In this document: positions 14,237-25,896 of the stretch, piece by piece
Layout of the letters: every line of letters starts with the position of its first letter
How positions within the stretch are numbered: position 1 is the first letter of the stretch
Assembly (NCBI GenBank): GCA_026026165.1
Contig: JAPEUD010000022.1
Coordinates: 248,001-307,947, forward strand
Length of the DNA: 59,947 bases
Source: Sarea resinae
Lineage: Eukaryota
Reading direction: 5' to 3'
The notes under the pieces: model-generated
The model's database searches: none
What the model was told of the DNA's origin: nothing
Seen by the model: only the letters and a program-made list of their open reading frames with translations
Position numbers and translations under genes: made by a program

Positions 14237-14262
14237 AGGTAGGTAGGTAGGTAGGTAGGTAG
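14237..14262. repeat. (AGGT)n tetranucleotide microsatellite
   Basis: aggtaggtaggtaggtaggtaggtag. Confidence 0.85.
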
Positions 14263-14465
14263 TATAGAAAACATCGTTGTCAGTGCACATTGATATGAGT
14301 CATGAGAGAGGAGAAGTAGACGGCATAGTCAAGTATGAAGGACTATAAGCGCAGTCGTCCAGAGACAGAGTGCCCACAGGAGAGCAGGAGAGCAGGCGAG
14401 CAGTACAATCAACGGATAGAGCTCATCAACCACTATTTAGGCGTAAACTTCCTCAAGCAGAGCCG

Positions 14466-15767
14466 TTACAGGCCACTCTTCGACACTGCCATCTTCCTAC
14501 ACTCCTCATAATGTCCGATGAGCTTGGCTCTCGTGTACGTCGTCCGGGAGGCGATACCCCAATTCTCATAATCGGCATCATCCGGAGCAGGGCCCTCGAA
14601 CCGTTGCTGACACCGGCCACAGATGCACCACTTCTCCAGGACATCTCCGTCATCGCGGCGGTCCAGCCAGGGAAAGTAAACCGTGCTTTTGAGTCGGGTC
14701 CGGACCATCTTCAACAGCTCGCACCGATCGATCGGCAGCAAGTGGTGACGACCACGGTCAAGGGCCGTATGAGTGTAGAGAGAGGGACGTCGGCTTGGCT
14801 TGCGGTGATTCTCTGGGTCGGCACTGTGCAAGGCAAGCTTCTGCTCGTATCTCGAAAGTAGCTTCGTTCTCCTCCTGGCGGTAAAGTCGATCATGGCCTG
14901 GTGAGATCCGTGAATCGATAGCCCTGCTTGGTAGGCCATGTCCGAGTCGACAACATGGACGCGCAACGAACGGGACGCCCTGGGAAGTTTGCGGTGAAAG
15001 ATCGTCATGCTGGGTAGTGCCGAGATTGCCCGGGTGTTCAGTCCATAAGTCATCGTGGCGCAGGCGCGCGAGATTGGCCACCGTTCATGGGCCGTGAAGA
15101 GGCACTGAAGGCAGACACGGCTGCACGGGAGAAGATACAAGACGGCGCCGGGGTTGCCGCATAGGGCGCAAGCCGGGGAAACAAGGGCTTGGTAGATCTT
15201 GGCACAGGACATGTGCGAGGCAAGGCCGGAGGTGAGGACAGCACGAAGGACTTCGGGGATGTGGGTGACGATGGCCTGGTATGCGGGCAGAGCGTCGACG
15301 GCGAGTCTGACTCCTCGACTGACTGATCGCAGATCGATCAACTCCTGGATGCTGAGATGGTCAAAGGCCATATGCCAGAGCTCGAAAGGCATTTTGGTTT
15401 GCTTGGTGATCGGTCTTTCGTGGCGGCCGTTGTCGAGAGGACATTCAAGCTCGGAGACGAAGAAGAACATCTCAGGCAGCCCAGGGTAGGTGAGTTGTGA
15501 AAAGTCCCTTTCGACATCGGAGGACTGGTCTGAAGGCGATTCATCCATTACCGTATCACCGATGACCATGGCCGAATCGTCGTCGGCCTCTGATGTATCA
15601 TCAGCCGAAGCGCCGTCGATCATAGGAGCATCCATGGTTGACTGAAATCTGAACGTCTTGGACGCAAACGGTGAGCTATGAGTGGAGAAGTGGCTATAGC
15701 TAGAAGATGGTCTTAGCATGATGACTGTCCTTGTTATAGCATTTGTGCGGCTCCTAAACAAGCTCAT
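14466..15767 (-). CDS. F-box domain protein with Cys-rich (CxxC) motifs; start could be 15767, 15719 or 15635
   Basis: Single long ORF. F-box-like MPFELWHMAFDHLSIQELIDLRSVSR, then CALCG..LYLLPCSRVCLQC and C-terminal CGRC..HYEEC, as in a widespread fungal F-box family. Confidence 0.75.
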   Translation of the reverse strand: MSLFRSRTNAITRTVIMLRPSSSYSHFSTHSSPFASKTFRFQSTMDAPMIDGASADDTSEADDDSAMVIGDTVMDESPSDQSSDVERDFSQLTYPGLPEMFFFVSELECPLDNGRHERPITKQTKMPFELWHMAFDHLSIQELIDLRSVSRGVRLAVDALPAYQAIVTHIPEVLRAVLTSGLASHMSCAKIYQALVSPACALCGNPGAVLYLLPCSRVCLQCLFTAHERWPISRACATMTYGLNTRAISALPSMTIFHRKLPRASRSLRVHVVDSDMAYQAGLSIHGSHQAMIDFTARRRTKLLSRYEQKLALHSADPENHRKPSRRPSLYTHTALDRGRHHLLPIDRCELLKMVRTRLKSTVYFPWLDRRDDGDVLEKWCICGRCQQRFEGPAPDDADYENWGIASRTTYTRAKLIGHYEECRKMAVSKSGL

Positions 15768-16024
15768 TCACTTTTTTGACCATATCACGGATTGGCTTCA
15801 CGTTTTGAGGTCATGATTCACTCAGATCAGACTCCTAGAGTCACTCTGTATCTTGAAAATCTATACTCGATAGATGTGCGCACTGGAAATTGGGTATCGA
15901 GGGCATACGGGTATTATTATGAAACCACCCCCCTGAGTTATCTCATGGAGTATATATACCTGGAATGTAATATAATCTTTAGGCAACTGGGTATATAGCT
16001 TTGAATATCCGGCAACGACATATC

Positions 16025-19000
16025 TCATGGATCGTAGGAAGAGGTCGACAATTTGTCCAAAACCTGTCGAGCTGTATTTATGGCTTCTTGTGGGAGTCCT
16101 GTCAAGCCATCAGCATCGGTCCAAAGCGTCCATCTCCTGCTGACCCCGAAACTTCTCTTTCAAGCGCAAACAGACTTTCCAAAAAAAGAAAAAGAAAAAA
16201 AGACTCACCAGCCACCCTAGCGACCTTCAGTGCGTGGCTTCTATCGTTAACGCCTCTCCTTAATCTCCTCACATACATGAACCCGCCCTTGTCATCTTCT
16301 TTCAGATCAGTGCAGTAGCACGCCAAGCGCTTCATGTGCGAAGTGAGTCTTGCCAGAACATGGAAATGCGTGGCGAAAAGGACGCGGGATTGGTTGTGGG
16401 TATAGAGGTGGTGTAGGCAGGCGTACGATATCGCGATGCCATCTTCCGGCGTTGTGCCGCGGCCAACCTCGTCCATGATGACCTATTCGGTATATACTCA
16501 GTTAAGTGTTGAGAGAAGAGCGTTGACGTTGAGTAGGATTCATAAAGCAAGAAAGGTTCGATGGAACAGAGGGACAAACAAATGATCGTGGTGTAGCTTG
16601 TTTCAGGATTTCAGCGGTCTCTAGCATTTCGACCATGAACGTTGACTGGTCTTGCGACAAGTTGTCGGCCGATCCAACCTGTGCCACCATTATCGCTCGG
16701 TCAGTCGTCTCAATCATTAGTCGCCTAGAGAAATGGTATACGTACTCGGCTGAAGATCTTGTCAACAATGCCAATCTCAGCAAACTCAGCGGGAACGTAG
16801 GAGCCCGTCTGCGCGAGGATTGAGATCAGGGCGTTTTGGCGGAGAAAGGTGCTTTTGCCTGCCATATTAGGGCTGGGTTTCCATGTTAGTATATGTGTTC
16901 ATTAACAGGGATAATATCGTCAAAAGCAGACCCTGTAATGAGCCAGATGCGCTCCTGCTCGCCCACGAAGCAGTCGTTCGCGGTGAAACTTCTACCCTTC
17001 TCATCAAGGCCCAGTTCGACCGTCGGATGACGACCGCTGGCGACTTTATGGCTCGTGCTAGAGCAACTTATCAGCCTACACTCAATTATGCCCGGGAGGC
17101 AAAGACACAGACCCGAGATTTAGTATCGGACGAACAAGGCGTTGTTCCTCAGCCAGAGTGGCGTTGGAGCAAGCGACATCAAGCTCGTCCAACACGGCCG
17201 CGTTGCGGCGAAGTTTGACTAGATTGGTGATGACCTTCCTTCAAGTTTAGCCGATGTCGAGGACAATGCTGAATGGCAAACTTTACGTTTTCTCGCAACC
17301 CCTGAAACACCCGCTGCTCTTCTGCACGAATCTGCAGCTTTGCCTGGTCGATGCGGCAGCCCAGCTCTGTCCATTCTGGGAGATGGAAGGAGCGCGTTGT
17401 TTTACTCGAGCTAACGCTGCGAGCTTTACTTAGTACCTCCAGCGAAGCTTTGTGATCCTTCCCTCTAATATGGCAGATGTGTCCCAATCCAGGGGTCCAT
17501 CGCAGTGTCAGACTAGATGTTCCTTTTCGATTGTTAGCGAATGATCTGGATCAGGCAATTGGGCTTCTAACCCAGCCTTTTTCGTAGGTCCTCCACCAGG
17601 ATAATTTTCTCCTTTCTGAGCAGGCCAAGCACATCATGAAGCTTTTCCAATGCAGGACTCGCGCTGTTAAACGTTAGCCCAGAAACCAAATCGGGTGAGA
17701 GCCTTTTCCACCTTCGACACATTATCCAGATATCATCATCATTGTTGTCTTGTTCTTTGGCTTTGGCGTCAGCTTTATATCGGCCTTTTGGAGCATCTCT
17801 GAAATCATCTTCAGAGCCTTCAGCAACCATGACTTCTCGAGCCATGGAAGCCACCTCTGCGGCCTCGTTCTCTTCGATACGTGTCTGCTGGGACAATCCA
17901 TCCTCGTCGATGGCCGCAAGAATACGCTGCGAAAGGATACTCGGTTCGTGCAGATCCAGTCTACCTGCGATGGAAACCACTGATTGCCTAATGCTAGTGC
18001 CCTGTCCCGGCTGAGCTGAACCGTCTATCGAAGGATGTTGATGCTGCTTCTCGTAGAGAATTGCCGCGATTTCCTTTGTAGCTTCTACAGTCCGCGAAAT
18101 GCTGATCAAATCGTCCGCGTCACCCCTTCCCAGCGAGAACTTCTGTACCAGACGCTTTGAGTCATACGTGCGTCGGAGGAAGAGACCGATATGATCTCGT
18201 AGGTGAGGATCTTCAATGAAGCTGGAGACGAGGTCAAGACGCCCGTTGATCACAGGAAGAGACGTTGACGGAGAAGCTGGCTCGTGTTAGCCGGGATCGT
18301 CAGACTTGGCTTAGCACTTGTTTGTAATTAAGAGCTTGCGGTGTGCAACGTGAGTAGTAGAATCATAGGACGAGACATACTCAGCCAGTCCTTCAACAGC
18401 CTTGTTCCACTTTTGGTCACTGTCCTCCGAATAGCATGAAGAAGACTGCCTTTAGTCTGGTTGTCCCTCATAGTCACTGAAAGTTCAAGAGCTCTCATAG
18501 TGTTTTTGTCAATGGCCATGTTCTCTAAAGCTTGCTTCCGAATGGGAGGCTGCAGTTTCATTTTTATGCCTTGCAATCGGGTCTTCACGTATTCTAACAA
18601 TGAAGTTCCAGCCATTGCCTCTTCCGGCGTAAGCTCAGCATGAGTAGCTGCTGACACAGGATTTTCTAGCAATGAATCCCATGTCTCGGCCGATGGTGCT
18701 AAAGACGGCGAGGAATGATAAGTAATTAAATGGCGATCCTCCTCTAATACCGCCATGATCCCACTATCTTGGAAATCCTGTAAAGCTTGGTCTAAGATGA
18801 TCTCTCGAGGGCCTATTCGAGCAACATCAGAGCTCAATGAAGATAGGTTTGTGATCTGGGTAAAGAAGTCGCCGGTTGAGAGATCCAGCCAAGCAAGTCC
18901 AACAGGCTGCGATGTCATTTTTGCAACAGCAGGCTCATTGTTCCCTCCATCGCTGTTGGGATCCTCGAGTTCTACGGGATCTTGGGTGTGAACCGCAAGA

Positions 19001-19742
19001 AGAAAATTGTTCTCGTAAGGATCCATAAACTTCTCGTCGATCAGCGTCCCCGGCGTTATAATTCGGGTGACCTTCCGATCAAACAGAAGACCTCCGGATT
19101 TGACCTTGCCCGAGGCATTATTTGCAAACTCCTCGCTGATCGCGACGAATTTATTGAGATCCTGCACAAGTGTCTTAAGGAAGCGGTCAAGCTGGAAGAA
19201 GGGAAACCCGGCCTGCGTACAATCAGCATGTGAGCTTTCTGAGCATTACATTGGGCAAACGTGCCATTGGCACAGGGCCAGCCGTGGTCTTCTTATGCGC
19301 CACCTTGAGATTGAGCAACGGTCCATATTCTTCTGCTTGATCTAAATACAGCTAAACAACACGTCAGATTTGTCAATCGTGAAATCGAGAAAAGGCTGCA
19401 AACCTCATAGAATCCCCCAACCCGTGTCAGCAGCACGCAGTTCTCAAACCTTTGCATGTTATTCCATGCTTGCTGGACTACCGTTGGAAACTTTGGCGTC
19501 TCAATCTCCCCTTCTAGCGGTGTCGCAATTGCAGGCAAGCTACCTTGAGGGAGGTCGTTGAGTTTGACAGTGGTTCGCGATTTCGCGCCTCGACACCATA
19601 TTGGTGCGACGGAGGCCGGTATGCAGTGAGCACTGCAGCGATTGTGTTCCAGAGAATTCTCGCGGGCTACATATCGAGACCTCAGTTGAAGCAGGTGGCA
19701 TCTGCGTATCGAAATTGGTGGCCATTGTGAGGACCGCCACAT
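16025..19742 (-). CDS. MSH1: Mitochondrial MutS homolog Msh1 (multi-exon)
   Basis: R-rich presequence-like N-terminus, [21 protein letters not shown], Walker [35 protein letters not shown]. Last exon [11 protein letters not shown] ends at TGA 16025-16027. Confidence 0.93.
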
Positions 19743-20550
19743 TCTTACCTGGCACGTCAATGTGGCAGAAGTTACGCGCGAGCAGATGATGCGTAAATTG
19801 AACGTTTGAGGTACTGGGGAAAGTCAATTTAGTCCCCTGCAAAGGTAGATCATACGCCCTTTTCCACATAGAATCAATACAGACTACCAAAGTGGAATGC
19901 TACGAATTTGGGAGCAATAAATATAATTTGCATCAACAAAGCATAATTCCATGTCAATAAGCGCCACTTCCCACATCCTGTTGTCGTTTGGCAAGCAATG
20001 GGAAGGGTCGCACCGTATGGTCCATAAAACATACTCGCCATGCAAGGCTTCATCACTCAAGAAAAACTATTCTAGTAAATGCTTTTTGTCATTCGCATCT
20101 AACAGTTCGGGATGACATGAGATACCGAGAAGTGCAAAGGCACTGGTATGAAAACTGCCGGAGAGGCTAGAAAACTAAATAAGAAAAAAACATGTAGAAC
20201 GCCCGGCCAAGCAAATCTATGATACGCGATCTCAGATGGACACCGCTGAACGGAAGCGAACACGAAAACAAGACGTGATAGCTTGCTTGCTTCTGCTGAT
20301 GATAGACCGACAAGGAAATGGTATACGAGCCCCAGCATCGCAAGTGGGCGGGTATGAGAAGCCAAGCCAACCGATAACGAATATGACTTTCATCCCACAT
20401 ACTTTGAGAAGATGATAATGCTTCCGTCAACGTGAGAAATGCGCCATATCGTCAAATCAGCTTCCGCGACTAGGACTAATCCACCATCCCCCCAGTCCAG
20501 CCATGGTTCATCGTTACTTCATAACCTCATCCGCAACCTCTGGCATGCAC

Positions 20551-21979
20551 TTACTGCGAGGCGCATTGCATCCTCTCGCCTCCCGCTGGCATGTCGTCGT
20601 CCTCGTCCATACCACTACCCACACCCTCTGCCCTAGCCTGCTGGCTTTCGTCAACGTCATTCAGGTCGAAGTCCTCAACCATGGCATCAGGTGGTGGAGG
20701 GTTCTGGTGTTGGCGCTCGCCAAGAAGACGTTCCAATTGCGCAATGTCCTCAGGGCTCGAAATGAAGCCCTTCGGAGGGAATTTGACATCAAACTTGATG
20801 TACAGGTTACCGTAATTGTGATGGCGGTATGACGGCATGCCCTGACCCAAAACAACCTTGAGTTCACCTGCGCTCTGTCAGAATATTGATCTCAACCAGG
20901 ACATGGAGGGAAATGAACGTACCAGGGCTGATAACTTCACCGGGTTTGATATCTATGCTCAACCAGCGTTCATCAAGATGCTCAACGTTTACGGTACCTC
21001 CTGCAAGTGCTGTAACGAGATCAATCTCGGCGTGGTAGAAAAGGTCGTCATCTTTTCGTTGAAAGCGGGCATGTGGCTTTTGCTCGATCTCGAACTGAAC
21101 ATCACCGGGAAGCAGTCCAGGGACCTGGTCGCCCTCTCCACGGAACTCGATCTTTTGCCCACTCTTGACGCCCTTGTCGACGTGGACATGAAGCACCTTG
21201 CGCTCGATGACGGTCTTCTTTCCTCCGCACTGCTTGCATCGGTCCTTATCGCGAATGATTTCACCCTCTCCCTGACAATCAGGGCAAACAGTCTGGAACC
21301 GCTGGATCATGGGGCCCATTTGTCGCATCATGGTCTTCATACCATTACCATCGCAACCGGTACATTTCTTGACCGCGCCTTCCTTGCCTCCCAGGCCGTT
21401 GCATTTGGAGCAGATGACGGATTTTTGCAAAGCGAGCTTCGACACCTTTCCGCGGTAGATGTCTTCGAGAGACACCTTGTGGACGTGATGAATTGTTCGG
21501 GCCTTCTTTGGGCCGGTATCCCGCATCCCTCCACCAAACATCCCACCGAAGGCACCTCCACCGCCACCGCCAAAGAACTGAGAGAAAAGATCCTCTGCCG
21601 ACATTCCTCCAGCACCACCGCCAGATTCTAATCCTTCTTCGCCATATTGATCGTAGAGTTGTCGCTTTTGAGGATCCGAGAGTACCTCGTAAGCATGTGA
21701 TAGGTCCTTGAATACCTCTGCAGCTTCAGGATTGTGCGCATTCTTGTCTAAGTGAAGGAACGGTGGTCAGCGCACGTGCCTTGACGAGAAGCAAAGACGG
21801 TCGAGTGCATACCAGGATGGTGCTTCAGAGCACCCTTCTTGTAAGCCGACCTCAGTTGAGCTTCGGTGGCATCCGGGGAGACCTGAATAGCATTAATTCA
21901 CCTGACCAACTTCCGCACTGCGAAACCATGTCTGAATGCGTACCCCTAATATGTCGTAGTATTTGGTTTCCTTCGCCAT
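20551..21979 (-). CDS. YDJ1: Type I DnaJ co-chaperone Ydj1/Mas5
   Basis: [15 protein letters not shown] split by an intron, G/F-rich linker, four CxxCxG repeats, C-terminal CaaX CASQ; 3 coding introns. Confidence 0.97.
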
Positions 21980-22003
21980 GGCGGGAGGCGTGGTCGTGGT
22001 ATG

Positions 22004-22300
22004 CTACAGTGCGAGATGTTGATCACGACGTTGCAGGTCGACGAGAAGGCAGATGTGACCTCTGGAGAAGAGTTGAGGTTTCGATCGGCAGTTGTCCGCG
22101 AGGAACTGGCAGAACTGGAAGAACTGCTTGGGCAGCACCGTGTATCAGTATCAGAACAATTGGCTCTGGTTATAACAAAAGGCCCAACAGCGACAGTATC
22201 ATCACAATGGTGATACGTGCGGTATCGGTAGTATCAAAGAGCTGGGACTCTCGATACGAAGGCGATTTGTATGCAAGGTGATAGTCAAAGTACCACTCAC
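22004..22300 (-). other. Probable 5' UTR intron of YDJ1
   Basis: GTGAGT donor at 22300 and TGTAG acceptor at 22004, 24 nt before the ATG; branch site is weak. Confidence 0.5.
22135..22220 (-). ncRNA. Candidate intronic box C/D snoRNA
   Basis: Box C GTGATGA (22205-22199), CTGA at 22154-22151 and 22148-22145, flanking complementary GCAC-GTATCA / TGATAC..GTGC. C-to-D span is short. Confidence 0.3.
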
Positions 22301-23387
22301 TTGAAGGGTAGGAAGCTGCTGCACCAAGTTTCCAAGGTATCTGTCGTCCAAAAGGCTAAGTGAATGAAGATGTGGAGAGGGATGAGGTGAGAGGAAAGCA
22401 CTGTCTGGGTGAATACGTAGTAGAGAAGCTGTGGGTATGAAGATATTGAAGGCTCAAGCAGCTTCAGTAGTGGTAATACCTTAAGTAGTTCTTGCGTCGC
22501 TCAGGCAGACAAGCAGCACCACAGCCCAGTGGCCCACTGGGTCCCTCAAAAATGCGAAGACCCAGCTCGGGTAACGAGATGGCGCTTTACCCGACCTGGC
22601 CCATTCACTTCGCCGCGTTTCTTCCACATTCCACCGCCTGTCAAGCTGCGCGCAAAGTCACTGCGACAGAAGTGGAGGTCAAGGAAGACGATGATGACAG
22701 CATACATAGTAGACTGGTTTACTCTCACGTTGAGGACTGAACATAATCATCGGCGACAAAAGCCGCAAAACATTCCATCTGGTTATCTACCTTCTCGACG
22801 AAGCTGAAGGAAGTCGAAACAGACAGGACTGCTACGTAGTAGATGCCTATCAAGTCTTGAATCGTTCCGATTCTTTGCCTTTTGACTAACCCTATCCGCT
22901 TCAAAGGATTTGACGAGCCCAGACTGGCTGGACGGCCTAGAACAGTCAGCTCCACGAGTAATCATGAATGCCGTGGATGAATGGTCGCTGTCTGGTTTCC
23001 ATCGAGGGCCAAAGGGCGACGTACATGTACAGGATACAGAGTGCCGAGTCCGGTACGCAGAGGTACTTGGGTACTCGGTACTTCGTACTGTAGAATAGCT
23101 CAACCGATGGGAGAGCCGCAGGCTTTCTTTCGCCAATCTACCCAATCATGGCTTGCTCTGCCTCCCCTCACTGGCCAGGGCAGGCACTTATCGCGCCGAT
23201 ACGAATCAAATGACAAACCGCAGCATCAAATCCCGAACGACAACATGTAAGGCGAAGTCATTTCAATCGAGCCATAGGTAAGGTAAGGCAGACCTCAGAG
23301 TTCCGACGGATGTAGCCTCAAGGTAGCTGGTCCAGCACACAGCCGCACTTCAATATCTTTCCATTACTGCCAGACACTCGAGCATCA

Positions 23388-24094
23388 ATGGCGACCCCCA
23401 CCGATCAAGATCCCGGATTCCTCGCCGCCTTGGAAGAAGCCCGCAAAGGCGCCGCCGAAGGCGGTATCCCCATCGGCGCAGCCCTCGTCTCGCGAGACGG
23501 CCAGATCCTCGGCCGCGGCCATAATATGCGAGTGCAGAAAAGCAGTGCCACTCTCCACGTACGTAAATAGACACGTACCCCAAGATCAAGCCTTATTCGA
23601 TCGATATTGAGACCAGAATATTGTAATGCACGATTCACCAGCAGCTTGTCTGATCCGAAAGCATCTGTAGGCCGAGATATCCTGTCTCGAGAACACAGGC
23701 CGATTGCCAGGCGCAGCCTACAAAGGTGCGACCATGTACACGACGCTGTCGCCTTGTGATATGTGCACGGGAGCGTGCGTGATGTATGGCGTGCGGCGGG
23801 TTGTCTTGGGGGAGAATAACACATTTGTGGGTGGGGAAGCGTACCTGAAGCAACGGGGTATCGAAGTAGTAAATTTGCGAAATGCCGAGTGTGAGCGGTT
23901 GATGAAGAAGTTCATTGCGGAGAAACCAGGAGATTGGTAGGTCCATACCTAACTCGCGGGGTGCATTGGCGCTTATTGTCAAGGAGCCTGGATTTCAGCG
24001 GCATTATACGGCCTTTGAGTCTACCCAATTCCGAGAAATGTGACTGCTAACTATAAACTACCACCTCTCTAGGAACGAAGATATTGGCGAGTGA
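23388..24094 (+). CDS. FCY1: Cytosine deaminase
   Basis: EGGIPIG, GRGHNMRVQ, H|AE zinc motif split by intron 23559-23670, SPCDMC, last micro-exon W|NEDIGE* (24073-24094). Confidence 0.95.
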
Positions 24095-24249
24095 AAAAGA
24101 TTGCATATGCCAGGTAAAGCACAAGTCTGATTGATTTATGAAGTATGACAATGTACAGCATAAGAGCAGTCTATAGCTTTTGGTTGACATCGTGGTATCA
24201 TAGAGAGCATGACATAGGACAGGCATGAAGCATCAGAAGCTCTGTCTCC

Positions 24250-25590
24250 TCAGCTAGTAGTGAGCCGATGAATTTCTTCAAAATAGAATTTCAGATCATC
24301 CGGTTTAACGAAAGGAGTTATGCCTGCATAAGCAAAGTCAGCAAGTGTATGGGATAATGCGACAGATGACACGGGGAACGCGAGAACTTACCATGACCCA
24401 GATTGGCTATCCATCCTTGTTTGCCTCCCCCAAAGCCTGCCACCATCTCCTTCACGACCTGGGAGATGGCTTCTCTCCCTCCATATAGGACTCCCGGATC
24501 AGCGTTTCCTTGCAATACTACCCGCCCTTTTGCGATCTTCATCGCTTCGGCAGGGTCTTGCAGCCAGTCTAAACCAACAACGTCATATCCGGACTGACAA
24601 AGGTCATCTAAAGCATACCATGCTCCTTTCGCAAACACTGTCATCGGCACGCGAGCTTGGCCAAGCTGCTCTAACTTTTTTGGAAGATTCGCTGAGATGT
24701 AGCGAAGGTAAGGAAGTGAGAATTGTTGGAATGAAGATGGTGAAAGCTCTGCCGCCCATGAATCAAAGACTTGGATCATCTAGAATTGTATGATTAGCAA
24801 TGTTTGACTTGAGATGAAGCTCTCGAGTATATAGTACCTGTGCACCGGCAACGACCTGCAGTGCTAGATATTCTACACAAAGTTCTGATATCTTCTGAAG
24901 TAAAGCTTTGCTCTCCTTCGGATACCTAAACACCCAGGTCTTTGCTTGGATGAATAGTTTACTGCCCCCTCCCTCTACCATATAGCTCAGCAGAGTCCAC
25001 GGCGCACCACAGAAACCTAGCAGAGGCACTCGACCCTTGAGCTTCTGTCGTGTCATTGTAATTGCTTTATAGACGTAGTCCAACTCGCTCTTGACGTCAA
25101 CATCTCTCTTCATGATTTGCTCGTACTGCCCGTCACTGGGTGATTTGAGCGGATTTGGGAAATGGGGCCCCTTCTTGTCGACCATCTCTACCACCATTCC
25201 CATCGCTTGTGGTATCACAAGGATATCGGAGAAGATAATGGCAGCATCGATAAGGCCGTAATAGCGCTCGATGGGCTGGAGGGTCAATGTAGAGGCTATC
25301 TCGGGGGAGCGGCAGCACTCGAAGAAATCGCGGTTGCCTTTGGCTTCATGGTATTCTGGAAGATAACGGCCCGCTGTATAATGAAGGTTTAGTGCCCGTC
25401 ATGTTTAACGCAGGAATCAATCAATGCGCTCGCACCTTGCCGCATCACCCACATAGGTGGTCGCTCGACCTTTTCACCTACGCCTTGATTAGCTCATAGC
25501 GATTGCATGCCATCCAACAGAGAACGAAATAATACCTCTCGCAGTCCGGAGGAGCAAATCATTCTGCAGAGGCTCAAATTGATGTGCCAT
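24250..25590 (-). CDS. HEM12: Uroporphyrinogen decarboxylase
   Basis: [62 protein letters not shown]; 4 introns. Confidence 0.96.
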
Positions 25591-25896
25591 TGTTGATGTG
25601 GGCTCTGCGATGCTTGTAAGTGGGCGCGGGGTAATCGTGAGGCTCGGAGCGCCTGCAAGAGTAATTCGGCGACGTTTTGCTCGCAAGGACGTTGGGGTGA
25701 GATTACCGAACGGCTAACGGATTAGCGCAGATCTGGAGATGTCAGGGACCGAGTGACCTCAGAGGCTCGGCCCCAATTAAAGGTATGTATTTTGTACGTC
25801 TGATAATCTCTTTGATCGACTACGTTCACCTGCGTGTAATGGATCTGGGCATTTTCGAGAATAACATTTTCAATTTGACAGATGATACCGATCTAT

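Noticed and set aside
20858..21631. 257-aa plus-strand ORF
   Set aside because: Antisense shadow of YDJ1 caused by codon bias; similar shadows lie over RPP0, calnexin, ATP3 and TOP1.
23559..23670. FCY1 intron 1 begins GTACGTAAAT, suggesting a nested donor (stwintron)
   Set aside because: No internal branch plus AG that would rebuild a valid external donor.
25588..25686. TTG-initiated in-frame extension of HEM12 (RAKRRR...)
   Set aside because: Poor initiation context and probably upstream of the TSS in a ~300-nt intergenic gap.
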